DNA of 48,567 nt, taken from the NCBI GenBank assembly GCA_030698665.1, contig JAUYMI010000021.1, positions 1-48,567 on the forward strand, written 5' to 3'. The notes under the pieces were generated by a model. The model had not been told where the DNA came from and did no database searches. It saw nothing but the letters and a program-made list of their open reading frames with translations. Origin of the DNA: a bacterium. GTDB lineage: Bacteria; Patescibacteriota; Minisyncoccia; Minisyncoccales; UBA10102. This document shows, piece by piece, positions 1 through 8,334 of the stretch. The position numbers and the translations under genes are program-made. Position 1 is the stretch's first letter. Every line of letters begins with the position of its first letter.

Positions 1-2
1 GG

Positions 3-494
3 ACGGTAGAAGCAAAAATAAATGGTTCCGTTGTGGGAAGCTCGGTAACGGCAAGTGGAAATTATGGATACAATCCAAATTTACTTTTTGCTATTGATAA
101 CGAAGGAGTGAATGCCGGGAAAACAGTTGAATTCTATATTAATGGCACTAAAGCAAATGAAACAGCGACTTTTACAAACGGCAATTCTAGCCAACTAAAT
201 CTTACTATTCCTGCACCTACTTCAACTCCGACACCAACTCCGACGCCGAGTGGAAGCACTGGTGGTAGTGGAGGCGGAGGTGGAGCAACAACCCCCTCTA
301 CTCCTACATCGCCTTTGAGCGCGGCCGCGCAGAAAGTTGACGCTAACAAAGATGGCAAGATTGATGTTTTGGATTTTAACTCCTTGATGGTCAACTGGGG
401 GAAAACCGGTACTGGCAATGTTGCTGACTTTGACGGCAATGGCAAAGTCGATGTCTTTGAATTCAACTTACTGATGATTAATTGGACACTCTAA
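3..494 (+). CDS. 5'-truncated secreted/surface protein: beta-rich domain, Pro/Thr/Gly linker, C-terminal dockerin-like (twin EF-hand) domain
   Basis: Frame is open from the window edge. PTPTPTP/GGSGGGGG linker followed by two dockerin-type repeats DANKDGKIDVLDF...NWG and DFDGNGKVDVFEF...NW. Confidence 0.8.
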   Translation, partial: TVEAKINGSVVGSSVTASGNYGYNPNLLFAIDNEGVNAGKTVEFYINGTKANETATFTNGNSSQLNLTIPAPTSTPTPTPTPSGSTGGSGGGGGATTPSTPTSPLSAAAQKVDANKDGKIDVLDFNSLMVNWGKTGTGNVADFDGNGKVDVFEFNLLMINWTL

Positions 495-501
495 AATTAC
501 T

Positions 502-1254
502 ATGAAAAAATATTTACTTACAATTTTACTGGGAGCGTTCGGGGTAATGGCTATTGCCGCGCCGGCTCTCGCCGCGACCAGCGTATCATTTACGCCGGTC
601 AATGTGAGCGTGCGCCAAGGACAAACCTTTACCCTTACGATTGGGGTAAACCCGCAAGGAGTGAAAAATTATACCGCAAAAACCGAACTTCACTATCCTG
701 CTGACCTTTTGGAAGTAAAGTCATTCACTTTCGCGCCGAGCTGGATGCCGCTTGCTCAATCCGGTTACGACCTTACCGATAATACGAATGGAGTGTTTAT
801 AAAAACCGCGGGCCACCCGGGAGGTATATCTTCGGCGGCCACTTTCGGAACGGTGTCGTTTCTCGCAAAAAAGAGCGGCAACGGGACGATTACTCTAAAC
901 AGCGGCAACTCGTTGGCGTTGGACGCAAACAACCAGAACGTCTTGAGTACGGCTCCTGTTCAAGCATCCGTTCTTGTGAGCGCCGTGTCAGTGCCAGCGG
1001 AGGAGCAAACAGAAGAGCAAGCCCCACAAATTCAGGAGCAAGAGCCGGGAGCCGAGGAAACTGCTGAGGAGACTCCTTCTATAACAGAAGAGGAAAAGCA
1101 GCCTGAAATGCGGCTTGGACTGGCGGCGGCGATCGGCGAACTCGTTACCTTGGGAACGAACAACGCGCTGGTTGGAATCCTGCTGGCGTTTGTTATGATT
1201 CTTGGAGGCGCATGGCTTGCGAGGCGCTATTTTGCTTCTCGGCCCAAATCCTAA
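502..1254 (+). CDS. Cohesin-domain protein with signal peptide, acidic linker and C-terminal transmembrane anchor
   Basis: MKKYLL...ALAA signal peptide; cohesin-like pattern V-x-x-GQTFTLTIGVNP...LHYPADLLEV...GTVSFLAKKSGNGTITL; E/Q-rich spacer; hydrophobic helix followed by basic tail. Confidence 0.75.
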   Translation: MKKYLLTILLGAFGVMAIAAPALAATSVSFTPVNVSVRQGQTFTLTIGVNPQGVKNYTAKTELHYPADLLEVKSFTFAPSWMPLAQSGYDLTDNTNGVFIKTAGHPGGISSAATFGTVSFLAKKSGNGTITLNSGNSLALDANNQNVLSTAPVQASVLVSAVSVPAEEQTEEQAPQIQEQEPGAEETAEETPSITEEEKQPEMRLGLAAAIGELVTLGTNNALVGILLAFVMILGGAWLARRYFASRPKS

Positions 1255-1367
1255 GAGGGCAACTGCTGGTGTTGACATTGAGATTAAGATGTGAGCTCCC
1301 TGGGCGATTCTTTTACGGCTCCGCAGAGCTCCGCCTAAATCGCCCGCGAAAACCAAGCAGTTGGTTT

Positions 1368-1390
1368 CCGCCCCCTCAAGGGGCGGTTTT
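1368..1390 (+). terminator. Intrinsic terminator after cohesin gene
   Basis: CCGCCCC-ctcaa-GGGGCGG followed by TTTT. Confidence 0.6.
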
Positions 1391-1391
1391 C

Positions 1392-1420
1392 TTGACCCTT
1401 CTGATATTTTCCCTTATAGT
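1392..1420 (+). promoter_or_regulatory. Sigma70-type promoter
   Basis: TTGACC-17 bp-TATAGT. Confidence 0.7.
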
Positions 1421-1455
1421 GCCAGGTAGCGAAGGGCTCTAGTGGAAGGGTGTGT

Positions 1456-1698
1456 ATGTCCCGGCGAGGACATCCCGCGAGCAGCAAGAAGGCACGTGTC
1501 GCCACAGGACGTCAGAAGGATGTCGCAAAGACCGCGAAGGCCCGAGGATGTCCCATTGACTGGAGCAGGAACGGAGACGCGCACGTTGGCGCGTGCCGGA
1601 ACCCTCGGTGCAACGCCATCCTTTCAGTAGGAGCGCATATCACTCCCAGTTTGTCTGCCAAGTGCCGGGGGCAAGGCGGCAGGGGACGGGCGGCATAG
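1456..1698 (+). CDS. Small basic Cys/His-containing hypothetical protein (80 aa)
   Basis: ATG preceded by GGAAGGG; ORF fills the interval between a near-consensus promoter and a terminator. Confidence 0.5.
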   Translation: MSRRGHPASSKKARVATGRQKDVAKTAKARGCPIDWSRNGDAHVGACRNPRCNAILSVGAHITPSLSAKCRGQGGRGRAA

Positions 1699-1715
1699 CC
1701 GTCCTTTTTCTTTTT
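1684..1715 (+). terminator. Intrinsic terminator
   Basis: GGACGG...CCGTCC stem followed by TTTTTCTTTTT. Confidence 0.65.
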
Positions 1716-1720
1716 GGATA

Positions 1721-1749
1721 TTGACATTTTCTCTGGCATGCAATATAAT
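1721..1749 (+). promoter_or_regulatory. Consensus sigma70 promoter of the rplC operon
   Basis: TTGACA-17 bp-TATAAT, perfect consensus. Confidence 0.85.
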
Positions 1750-1753
1750 TGAG

Positions 1754-1829
1754 CGTATGAAGTTTGTCGTTTACTTGTGAACGACTGGAGTACCAGATCC
1801 CTCATACGGGCTGATACCCCGTGTTTTTT
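1754..1829 (+). promoter_or_regulatory. Structured 5' leader of rplC operon (candidate attenuator)
   Basis: CGTATGA/TCATACG closing stem with two internal hairpins; overlapping ACGGG/CCCGT hairpin plus T6 run. Confidence 0.5.
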
Positions 1830-1839
1830 GTGAAAGGAC

Positions 1840-2436
1840 ATGAAAGCAATACTGGGCAGAAAAATTGGCATGACGCAGGTCTTCGCTGAGAACGGAACCG
1901 TGACCCCGGTTACCCTGATTCAAGCTGGTCCTTGTCTCGTTGTGGGAGTGATGAACAAAGAGAAGGACGGGTATGAGGCGCTTCAGCTTGGCTTTGAGGC
2001 GTTGGTAGAGGCAAAACAGATGAAGTCCAAGAACGGAAAGCAATTTCGCCACATTCGCGAGTTCCGCAACGGGGGCTCAGAGCAGAAACCAGGAGATGAG
2101 GTTTCTGTTTCTATTTTTACAGAGGGAGAGATGGTCCAGGTGTCAGGAACATCCAAGGGAAAGGGATATCAGGGAGGAGTGAAGCGGCACGGGTTCTCAG
2201 GGAAGAACGCCAGTCATGGTGTCAAGCACGAACACCGAACCTTGGGGTCCGTGGGCTCTGCCTTCCCTCAGCGGGTGATCAAGGGCCGCAAGATGCCGGG
2301 CCACATGGGAGCTGACCGCGTGACGGTCAAGAACCTCAAAGTGATGAAGATTGACGAGAAAGGGAATGTGCTGGCCGTGAAGGGAGCGGTTCCAGGCCCA
2401 AGAGGGACCTTGCTCCAGGTAGTTTCAAAGCGATGA
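1840..2436 (+). CDS. rplC: 50S ribosomal protein L3
   Basis: ILGRKIGMTQVF, SKGKGYQGGVKRH, KMPGHMG motifs; SD AAGGA. Confidence 0.98.
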   Translation: MKAILGRKIGMTQVFAENGTVTPVTLIQAGPCLVVGVMNKEKDGYEALQLGFEALVEAKQMKSKNGKQFRHIREFRNGGSEQKPGDEVSVSIFTEGEMVQVSGTSKGKGYQGGVKRHGFSGKNASHGVKHEHRTLGSVGSAFPQRVIKGRKMPGHMGADRVTVKNLKVMKIDEKGNVLAVKGAVPGPRGTLLQVVSKR

Positions 2437-3062
2437 AGACGTCTGTGTATAACATGGCAGGTGAGAAGACGGGAGAGGTGGAGCTCCCAAAGCAGCTCTT
2501 TGAGGTTGCTATGAATCAGGATTTGGTGCATCAGGTAGCTACTTCCCAAATGGCGAATCGGCGCATTGTGAGGGCCAAGACGAAGGACCGAAGCGAGGTG
2601 TCGGGCGGAGGTAAAAAGCCCTGGCGGCAGAAGGGGACAGGGCGGGCCCGCCACGGCTCCAATCGTTCTCCCATATGGAAAGGAGGAGGAGTAACCTTTG
2701 GCCCTACTGGACGAGAGAATTTTTCAAAGAAGATTAACGCCAAGATGAGAAGAAAGGCCTTAGCTATGGTCCTCACGGCCAAGGCGAAGGAGGATCATGT
2801 GATTCTCACAGATGACGTGAAGCTGGAGGCTCCCAAGACCAAGTTCATGGCGGGATTCCTGGCTAAGCTTCCTTCAGCCATGGGATCGGGTCTCCTGGTG
2901 CTCCCGGGCATGGAGCAGGATCTCATCCGTTCTTCCCGCAACCTCAGGAAGATTCAGCCCGTGCAGGCGCGGGAACTTAACTGTCTGGACCTGCTTTCAG
3001 TCCAGTATGTAATCATGCCAAAAGCGTCAGTTGAGGTATTAGAAAAGACCTTTGTGAAGTAA
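2433..3062 (+). CDS. rplD: 50S ribosomal protein L4
   Basis: TKDRSEVSGGGKKPWRQKGTGRARHGS. Confidence 0.98.
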   Translation: MKTSVYNMAGEKTGEVELPKQLFEVAMNQDLVHQVATSQMANRRIVRAKTKDRSEVSGGGKKPWRQKGTGRARHGSNRSPIWKGGGVTFGPTGRENFSKKINAKMRRKALAMVLTAKAKEDHVILTDDVKLEAPKTKFMAGFLAKLPSAMGSGLLVLPGMEQDLIRSSRNLRKIQPVQARELNCLDLLSVQYVIMPKASVEVLEKTFVK

Positions 3063-3063
3063 T

Positions 3064-3453
3064 ATGGTAGCCTTGAACCCATTTCGTAAAAAAGAAGAAA
3101 CAAAGAAGACCACGAAGGCCGAGTTGATAGAGGAGCCCGTGAAGGAAGAGAGGAAGCAGGCCGTGGTTCGCTTCAGTTCTCTTGGTGTGCTGGAGCGTCC
3201 CCATGTAACAGAGAAGGCCGGTTCCCTGGCCGAACGGGGGGTATACGTTTTTAAGGTTTCCCCAAGGGCCGCGAAGGGGCAGGTGAAGGAGGCCGTGGAA
3301 AAGACCTACGGCGTGAAGGTTGTGGGAGTGAGGATGATTAAGATTCCTGGCAAGTCGATTCGTCTGGGCAAGACCAAGGGAGTGAAGAAGGGGTACAGAA
3401 AGGCGCTCGTCCAGCTTGCGAAGGGCCAGGAGATTGAGATTATGCCGCGATAG
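3064..3453 (+). CDS. rplW: 50S ribosomal protein L23 (N-terminal extension)
   Basis: RPHVTEKA...YVFKV...VKEAVEK.YGVKV...KKGYRKALVQL; synteny. Confidence 0.95.
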   Translation: MVALNPFRKKEETKKTTKAELIEEPVKEERKQAVVRFSSLGVLERPHVTEKAGSLAERGVYVFKVSPRAAKGQVKEAVEKTYGVKVVGVRMIKIPGKSIRLGKTKGVKKGYRKALVQLAKGQEIEIMPR

Positions 3454-3455
3454 CC

Positions 3456-4235
3456 ATGAAAGGAACTTCAAAGAAAAAGCCGGAACGCAGTCTCCTAGTC
3501 TCCCTCAAGAAGACCGGAGGGAGAAATCAGAGAGGGAGGATCACCGTCCGCCACCGGGGTGGAGGTGCCCGCAAGCTCTGGCGCAGGGTTGACTTTGCAC
3601 AGGAAAAGCTTGGCGTGCCGGGAGTGATCCGAGCTGTTGAGTATGACCCGAACCGGAACGCCTTTTTGGCCTTAGTCGAGCACGAGGATGGAGAGATGCG
3701 CTACCAGCTGGCGGCCCACGGACTCAAAGAAGGGGATTCCGTACTCTGCGCAGAAGAGGTGGAGGTGAATCCCGGCAACCGTACGAGGCTCAAGAACCTT
3801 CCGGTTGGAACCTCGGTGTACGCAGTTGAGCTCATGCCAGGTTCCGGGGGCTCAATCGTCAGGGGAGCCGGGGCTGAGGCCAAGGTGCTTGCTCACGAGG
3901 GAGGATTCGTGCATCTTGCCCTGCCGTCTTCTGAGATAAGGAAGGTTTCAGAGCAGAGTTTTGCCACGGTTGGCATGGTTTCAAATCCCGAGTTCAGGTA
4001 TAAGAATATAGGAAAAGCAGGGAGCAACAGATTGAAAGGTTGGCGCCCAACGGTTCGCGGCAGTGCCATGAATCCTGTTGACCATCCGCATGGGGGAGGT
4101 GAGGGAAGAAGCGGAATCGGTATGAAGCACCCTAAGACCCCGTGGGGCAAGCCCGCCTTGGGAGTCAAGACAAGAAAGCGCAAGTGGACGGACAAGCTGA
4201 TTGTGAAACGCAGGAAGAAGAAAAAGAAGAAGTAG
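3456..4235 (+). CDS. rplB: 50S ribosomal protein L2
   Basis: GGRNQRGRITVRHRGGG, EYDPNR, RGSAMNPVDHPHGGGEG. Confidence 0.98.
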   Translation: MKGTSKKKPERSLLVSLKKTGGRNQRGRITVRHRGGGARKLWRRVDFAQEKLGVPGVIRAVEYDPNRNAFLALVEHEDGEMRYQLAAHGLKEGDSVLCAEEVEVNPGNRTRLKNLPVGTSVYAVELMPGSGGSIVRGAGAEAKVLAHEGGFVHLALPSSEIRKVSEQSFATVGMVSNPEFRYKNIGKAGSNRLKGWRPTVRGSAMNPVDHPHGGGEGRSGIGMKHPKTPWGKPALGVKTRKRKWTDKLIVKRRKKKKKK

Positions 4236-4240
4236 AGCAT

Positions 4241-4528
4241 ATGGCACGATCACTCAAAAAAGGACCCTACGTTTCAGAGCGTCTGCAAAGGCGCGTGGAG
4301 GGCAAGAAGCCAGGCGAAGTAGAGTTGATTAAAACCTGGGAGCGTTCTGCCGTCATCTCTCCTGAGATGATCGGACACGCGTTTGCCGTGCACAATGGAA
4401 AGGAGTTTATTCAGGTCAAGCCCACAGAAGAGATGGTCGGGCACAAGCTGGGAGAGTTCGCTGCGACCACCAAGTTTGTCCGACACGGAGGCAAGATGCA
4501 AAAGGAACTGGAACAGGAAAAGAAGTAG
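4241..4528 (+). CDS. rpsS: 30S ribosomal protein S19
   Basis: MARSLKKGPYV, HNGK, MVGHKLGEFA; start moved to ATG 4241. Confidence 0.97.
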   Translation: MARSLKKGPYVSERLQRRVEGKKPGEVELIKTWERSAVISPEMIGHAFAVHNGKEFIQVKPTEEMVGHKLGEFAATTKFVRHGGKMQKELEQEKK

Positions 4529-4529
4529 C

Positions 4530-5030
4530 ATGAACACACGAGCTTCAGTAAAATACATCAGGATTGCCCCGCGGAAGGTCAGGCTGGTCGCAGATCTCAT
4601 CCGCAACAAGAAGGCGTCAGACGCGCTGACTCAGCTTCAGTTTACGACCAAAAAGGGAGCGGACCCCATCCGCAAGCTTCTCAATTCAGCCATTGCCTCG
4701 GCCCAGCAGCAGTATGAGGTGAATCCGTCTGAGTTGAAGATTGTGAAGATTACGGTGGACGAAGGTCCCAAGCTCAAGCGCTGGCGCGCTCGGGCGCGTG
4801 GTGCCGCGTATCAGATTCAAAAGAAGAGCTCTCATATTTCCCTGGAGCTGGAGATCGGGAAAGCGGTCAAAAAAACCCGGAGTGCTAGCCCGGTCAAGGC
4901 CGAGGAACCCGTTGAGGTGGAAAAAAAGACGGGAGAAGCACGAGACTCCAGGCGCCCTGATGTTCGATCGAGGAAGGCAGAGCAGAGGAGAGGAGGCGTT
5001 GGTAGGATATTCAGAAGAAAAGTGATCTAA
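4530..5030 (+). CDS. rplV: 50S ribosomal protein L22 (C-terminal extension)
   Basis: RIAPRKVRLVADLIR, VDEGPKLKRWRARARG; start ATG 4530. Confidence 0.96.
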   Translation: MNTRASVKYIRIAPRKVRLVADLIRNKKASDALTQLQFTTKKGADPIRKLLNSAIASAQQQYEVNPSELKIVKITVDEGPKLKRWRARARGAAYQIQKKSSHISLELEIGKAVKKTRSASPVKAEEPVEVEKKTGEARDSRRPDVRSRKAEQRRGGVGRIFRRKVI

Positions 5031-5032
5031 CC

Positions 5033-5692
5033 ATGGCACACAAAGTTCACCCAAAAGTATTCAGACTGAGGAAGGCCGGCGACTGGATGTCCCGTTGGAT
5101 GACGAAGGGGCGCCCTGCGGGGTTTCTCAAAGGGGATTTTCTCATTCGAGACTATATTGAGAAGCGCCTGCACGATATGGGTGTCGCTTCAGTTGAGATT
5201 GAACGCTTTGCGGGCAAGCTCAACGTGATTATTAACTCTTCCCGCCCAGGGCTCATCATCGGTCGGGGAGGATCGGGCGTTGAGGAGATGCGCAAGGATC
5301 TTATGAACATCCTGAGAACAAAGGCAGGGCACGAACTTGCGCAGGGAGAACTCCGCTTGGAGATTCGGGAGATTAAGAATCCTTGGACCTCTTCGGCCCT
5401 GTCGGGTCAGTGGATTGCCCAGCAGTTAGAGCACAGAAAACCCTTTCGCATGACACTGCGTCAGACCATGAACAAGATCATGGCGAATAAGGAGATTTTG
5501 GGAGCACGTATTGATATTGCGGGGCGTCTGGGGGGAGCTGACATTGCAAGGAGAGAGACAACGAGAAAGGGGCGCCTTCCCCTGCAGACCCTGAGGTCTG
5601 ATATTGACTATGCTTTGACAGAGGCAAAAACGACCTACGGAACCATTGGCGTGAAGGTCTGGATGTACAAGGGAGAGAAGTTTGAATCCTAA
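5033..5692 (+). CDS. rpsC: 30S ribosomal protein S3
   Basis: [42 protein letters not shown]. Confidence 0.98.
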   Translation: MAHKVHPKVFRLRKAGDWMSRWMTKGRPAGFLKGDFLIRDYIEKRLHDMGVASVEIERFAGKLNVIINSSRPGLIIGRGGSGVEEMRKDLMNILRTKAGHELAQGELRLEIREIKNPWTSSALSGQWIAQQLEHRKPFRMTLRQTMNKIMANKEILGARIDIAGRLGGADIARRETTRKGRLPLQTLRSDIDYALTEAKTTYGTIGVKVWMYKGEKFES

Positions 5693-5697
5693 CTGCC

Positions 5698-6108
5698 ATG
5701 TTAGCTCCAAAGAAGGTAAAACATCGAAAGTGGCACAAGGGGAGGTCCCGAAACAGGGACGTGAGTTTGCGGGGAACCGAGGTTTCGTTCGGTGCCTACG
5801 GATTGAAGGCTACTTCGGCACAATGGGTTTCTTCCCGCCAGATTGAGGCTGCCAGGCGTGCGATTATTCGCTACCTCAGGAAGGGGGGTAAGATGTGGAT
5901 CCGTATCTTTCCCGACAAGCCCGTGACCAAGAAGGGGGACGAGACGCCCATGGGAGGAGGGAAGGGAGCTCCGGACCATTACGTGGCCACGGTGCGCCCC
6001 GGCAGAGTCCTTTTTGAAGTTGATGGTATTCCAGAAGAAATGGCAAAGGAGGCGTTTCGCAAGGCCTCAGCCAAGCTTCCCGTATCCGTGAAGTTTATCA
6101 AACGATAA
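5698..6108 (+). CDS. rplP: 50S ribosomal protein L16
   Basis: [24 protein letters not shown]. Confidence 0.98.
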   Translation: MLAPKKVKHRKWHKGRSRNRDVSLRGTEVSFGAYGLKATSAQWVSSRQIEAARRAIIRYLRKGGKMWIRIFPDKPVTKKGDETPMGGGKGAPDHYVATVRPGRVLFEVDGIPEEMAKEAFRKASAKLPVSVKFIKR

Positions 6109-6110
6109 TT

Positions 6111-6293
6111 ATGAAACCAGGAGAGATCAGACAAAAGTCGCAAGATCAGTCAGAGCAGGAATTAAGGAGCCTGCGAGAAAAGCTCAACAGCATGAAGTTT
6201 GACATGGCTGCGGGAAAGGTGAAGAATATTGATGACCTGCGGAGGACCAAGCGCGACATTGCGAGAATTTTAACAATACTCCGAGAGAAATAA
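6111..6293 (+). CDS. rpmC: 50S ribosomal protein L29
   Basis: [13 protein letters not shown]; synteny. Confidence 0.95.
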   Translation: MKPGEIRQKSQDQSEQELRSLREKLNSMKFDMAAGKVKNIDDLRRTKRDIARILTILREK

Positions 6294-6294
6294 T

Positions 6295-6531
6295 ATGCCA
6301 AAGACACGGCTCACAGGAATTGTTGTTTCAGATAAGATGGATAAGACCGTCGTGGTTCGGGTTGAGCGTCTGAAGGCCCATCCAAAGTACCTCAGGCGTT
6401 TTCGCACACATACCAAGTACAAGGCGCATGACGAGAACAACGAGTACAAGACTGGAGACACGGTGCAGATTGAAGAGACGCCTCCTGAAAGCCGGGAGAA
6501 GCGGTGGGTTGTCATAAAGAAGATATCATGA
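6295..6531 (+). CDS. rpsQ: 30S ribosomal protein S17
   Basis: [27 protein letters not shown]. Confidence 0.97.
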   Translation: MPKTRLTGIVVSDKMDKTVVVRVERLKAHPKYLRRFRTHTKYKAHDENNEYKTGDTVQIEETPPESREKRWVVIKKIS

Positions 6532-6896
6532 TCCAGCCCGAAACCAGATTGAAGGTTGCCGACAACACGGGAGCAAAGATTATCCAGTGTTTTAGGGTTA
6601 TCGGAGGAACGCGCAAGCGCGTGGCCCAGTTAGGTGATATCATTGTCGCCTCAGTCAAGGTGGCAGAGCCCCGGCGTACCGTCAAGAAGCATGAGATTGT
6701 TCGTGCCGTTGTTGTGCGCCAGAGGAAAGCATACCGCAGGAGCGACGGATCATACATTTCTTTTGACGAAAACGCGGCCGTGATTATTGATGCGAACCGC
6801 GAGCCCAGGGGAGGGAGAATCTTCGGTCCCATTCCGCGGGAAGTAAGGGAAAAGGGATTTGGGAAAATAGCAACGATGGCAAGCGAAGTCGTATGA
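6528..6896 (+). CDS. rplN: 50S ribosomal protein L14
   Basis: [29 protein letters not shown]. Confidence 0.98.
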   Translation: MIQPETRLKVADNTGAKIIQCFRVIGGTRKRVAQLGDIIVASVKVAEPRRTVKKHEIVRAVVVRQRKAYRRSDGSYISFDENAAVIIDANREPRGGRIFGPIPREVREKGFGKIATMASEVV

Positions 6897-7198
6897 AAAT
6901 CAGGAAGGGAGACAACGTTCTTGTTATTTCAGGCAAGGACCGTGGCAGGAAGGGCAAGGTTGAGCGGATTTTGAGAGTTGAGGGACGGGTCCTTGTTGAA
7001 GGAATCAATGTGAAGACCCGGCACGCGAGAGGCAAGCGTCAAGGAGAAAAGGGCCAGATTATTCAGGTTATAGCTCCTCTCCAGGTCTCCAACCTTAAGC
7101 TCGTCTGCCCTCACTGCGGAAAGGCAACCAGAGTTGCCGTGAAGGGTGAGGGAAAGAGCAAGATCAGAGTATGCAAGATGTGTCAAAAGGCCATATGA
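6893..7198 (+). CDS. rplX: 50S ribosomal protein L24
   Basis: [17 protein letters not shown]; CxxC...CxxC. Confidence 0.97.
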   Translation: MKIRKGDNVLVISGKDRGRKGKVERILRVEGRVLVEGINVKTRHARGKRQGEKGQIIQVIAPLQVSNLKLVCPHCGKATRVAVKGEGKSKIRVCKMCQKAI

Positions 7199-7755
7199 AG
7201 ACCATGAGGCAGACATATCAGACCGTCGCGATTCCTCAACTGAAGGAGGCCTTCGGGTACAAGAGCGTGATGGCCGTACCGAAGATTGAAAAAGTGGTAA
7301 TCAACACAAGTTTTGGGCGCTTGACCGCGGGGAAAACGAAGGGAGAAGCCGAGGCGCTTGCTGAAAACATCCTCAAGGACCTGGCCGTCATCGCGGGCCA
7401 GAAGCCTTCTTTGACGGCGGCTCGTAAGTCCATTGCCTCCTTCAAGCTCAGAAAAGGGGTTCCCGTGGGGGCAAAGGTGCAACTGAGAAAGAAGCGCATG
7501 GAAGATTTTCTTTCCCGTCTCATCCACGCGGTACTGCCGCGCTCGCGCGACTTTCAGGGCTTGAGCCTGAAGGCGGTTGATGAAGCCGGGAATTTGACGA
7601 TTGGGATAAAAGAACATATATTCTTTCCTGAGATCTCTCTCGAGAGCGTCAAGAGCATATTTGGTCTTGAGGTGACGATTGTGACCACGGCCAAGAGCAG
7701 AGAAGAGGCCGTCAAGCTCTTTGAGGCGATGGGATTTCCCATGGAGAAGCACTAG
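7195..7755 (+). CDS. rplE: 50S ribosomal protein L5
   Basis: [36 protein letters not shown]. Confidence 0.97.
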   Translation: MKTMRQTYQTVAIPQLKEAFGYKSVMAVPKIEKVVINTSFGRLTAGKTKGEAEALAENILKDLAVIAGQKPSLTAARKSIASFKLRKGVPVGAKVQLRKKRMEDFLSRLIHAVLPRSRDFQGLSLKAVDEAGNLTIGIKEHIFFPEISLESVKSIFGLEVTIVTTAKSREEAVKLFEAMGFPMEKH

Positions 7756-7756
7756 C

Positions 7757-7942
7757 ATGGCCAAAAAGTCGCAAATAGCAAAGTCAAAACGCACGCCAAA
7801 GTTCTCAACGAGGGTGAGCTTGAGATGCTTTAAGTGCGGGAGGAAGAGAGGATACATGAGGGATTTTGATCTCTGTCGCATATGCTTTCGAGAGATGGCG
7901 AATAAAGGATTAATTCCCGGTATTAAGAAATCATCCTGGTAA
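7757..7942 (+). CDS. rpsN: 30S ribosomal protein S14, type Z (Zn-binding, 61 aa)
   Basis: MAKKS...RCFKCGR...LCRICFRE...PGIKKSSW. Confidence 0.97.
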   Translation: MAKKSQIAKSKRTPKFSTRVSLRCFKCGRKRGYMRDFDLCRICFREMANKGLIPGIKKSSW

Positions 7943-7943
7943 T

Positions 7944-8333
7944 ATGACAGATCCAATTGCAGACATGTTCACACGGATCAGGAATGCTCAGGCGGTCGCC
8001 AAAGAAGCCGTTGAGATTCCTTCTTCCAAGCTCAAACTGCAGATCGCCAAGCTTCTTGAGCGCTCTGGGTTTGTGCAGGACGTGGAGGTGAGAAAGGTGA
8101 AGGTGGGGCAGGTAATCCGCATGCGCTTAAAGTATGCAGATGGACTCCCCTCAATCGCCGGCATCGCTCGTGTGTCTCGTCCTGGACAGCGGATATATGC
8201 TCCAGCGACCCGGATTAGGCGCGTGAAGGGAGGCCTCGGCGTATCCATCCTTTCAACATCAAAGGGCGTTATGTCAGGATCTGAAGCGCGAGGACAGAAG
8301 CTTGGAGGAGAAATACTTGGAGAAGTTTGGTAA
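7944..8333 (+). CDS. rpsH: 30S ribosomal protein S8
   Basis: MTDPIADMFTRIRNA, SRPGQRIY, STSKGVM, GGEILGEVW. Confidence 0.98.
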   Translation: MTDPIADMFTRIRNAQAVAKEAVEIPSSKLKLQIAKLLERSGFVQDVEVRKVKVGQVIRMRLKYADGLPSIAGIARVSRPGQRIYAPATRIRRVKGGLGVSILSTSKGVMSGSEARGQKLGGEILGEVW

Positions 8334-8334
8334 T

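Noticed and set aside
210-310. Short tandem repeats (ccgacaccaactccgacg, ggtggtagtggaggcggaggt)
   Set aside because: They encode a Pro/Thr/Gly linker and are not a CRISPR array or VNTR
1302-1370. c-di-GMP-I riboswitch (CGCAGAGCTCCGCCTAAA resembles CGCAAAGC...CUAA)
   Set aside because: No GNRA-capped P2 stem or receptor, and a terminator plus new promoter separate it from the next ORF
1425-1700. RNase P RNA, tmRNA or SRP RNA
   Set aside because: Size and promoter/terminator fit an ncRNA, but I found no GAGGAAAGUCC P4 signature, no tRNA-like tmRNA ends and no SRP helix-8 motif
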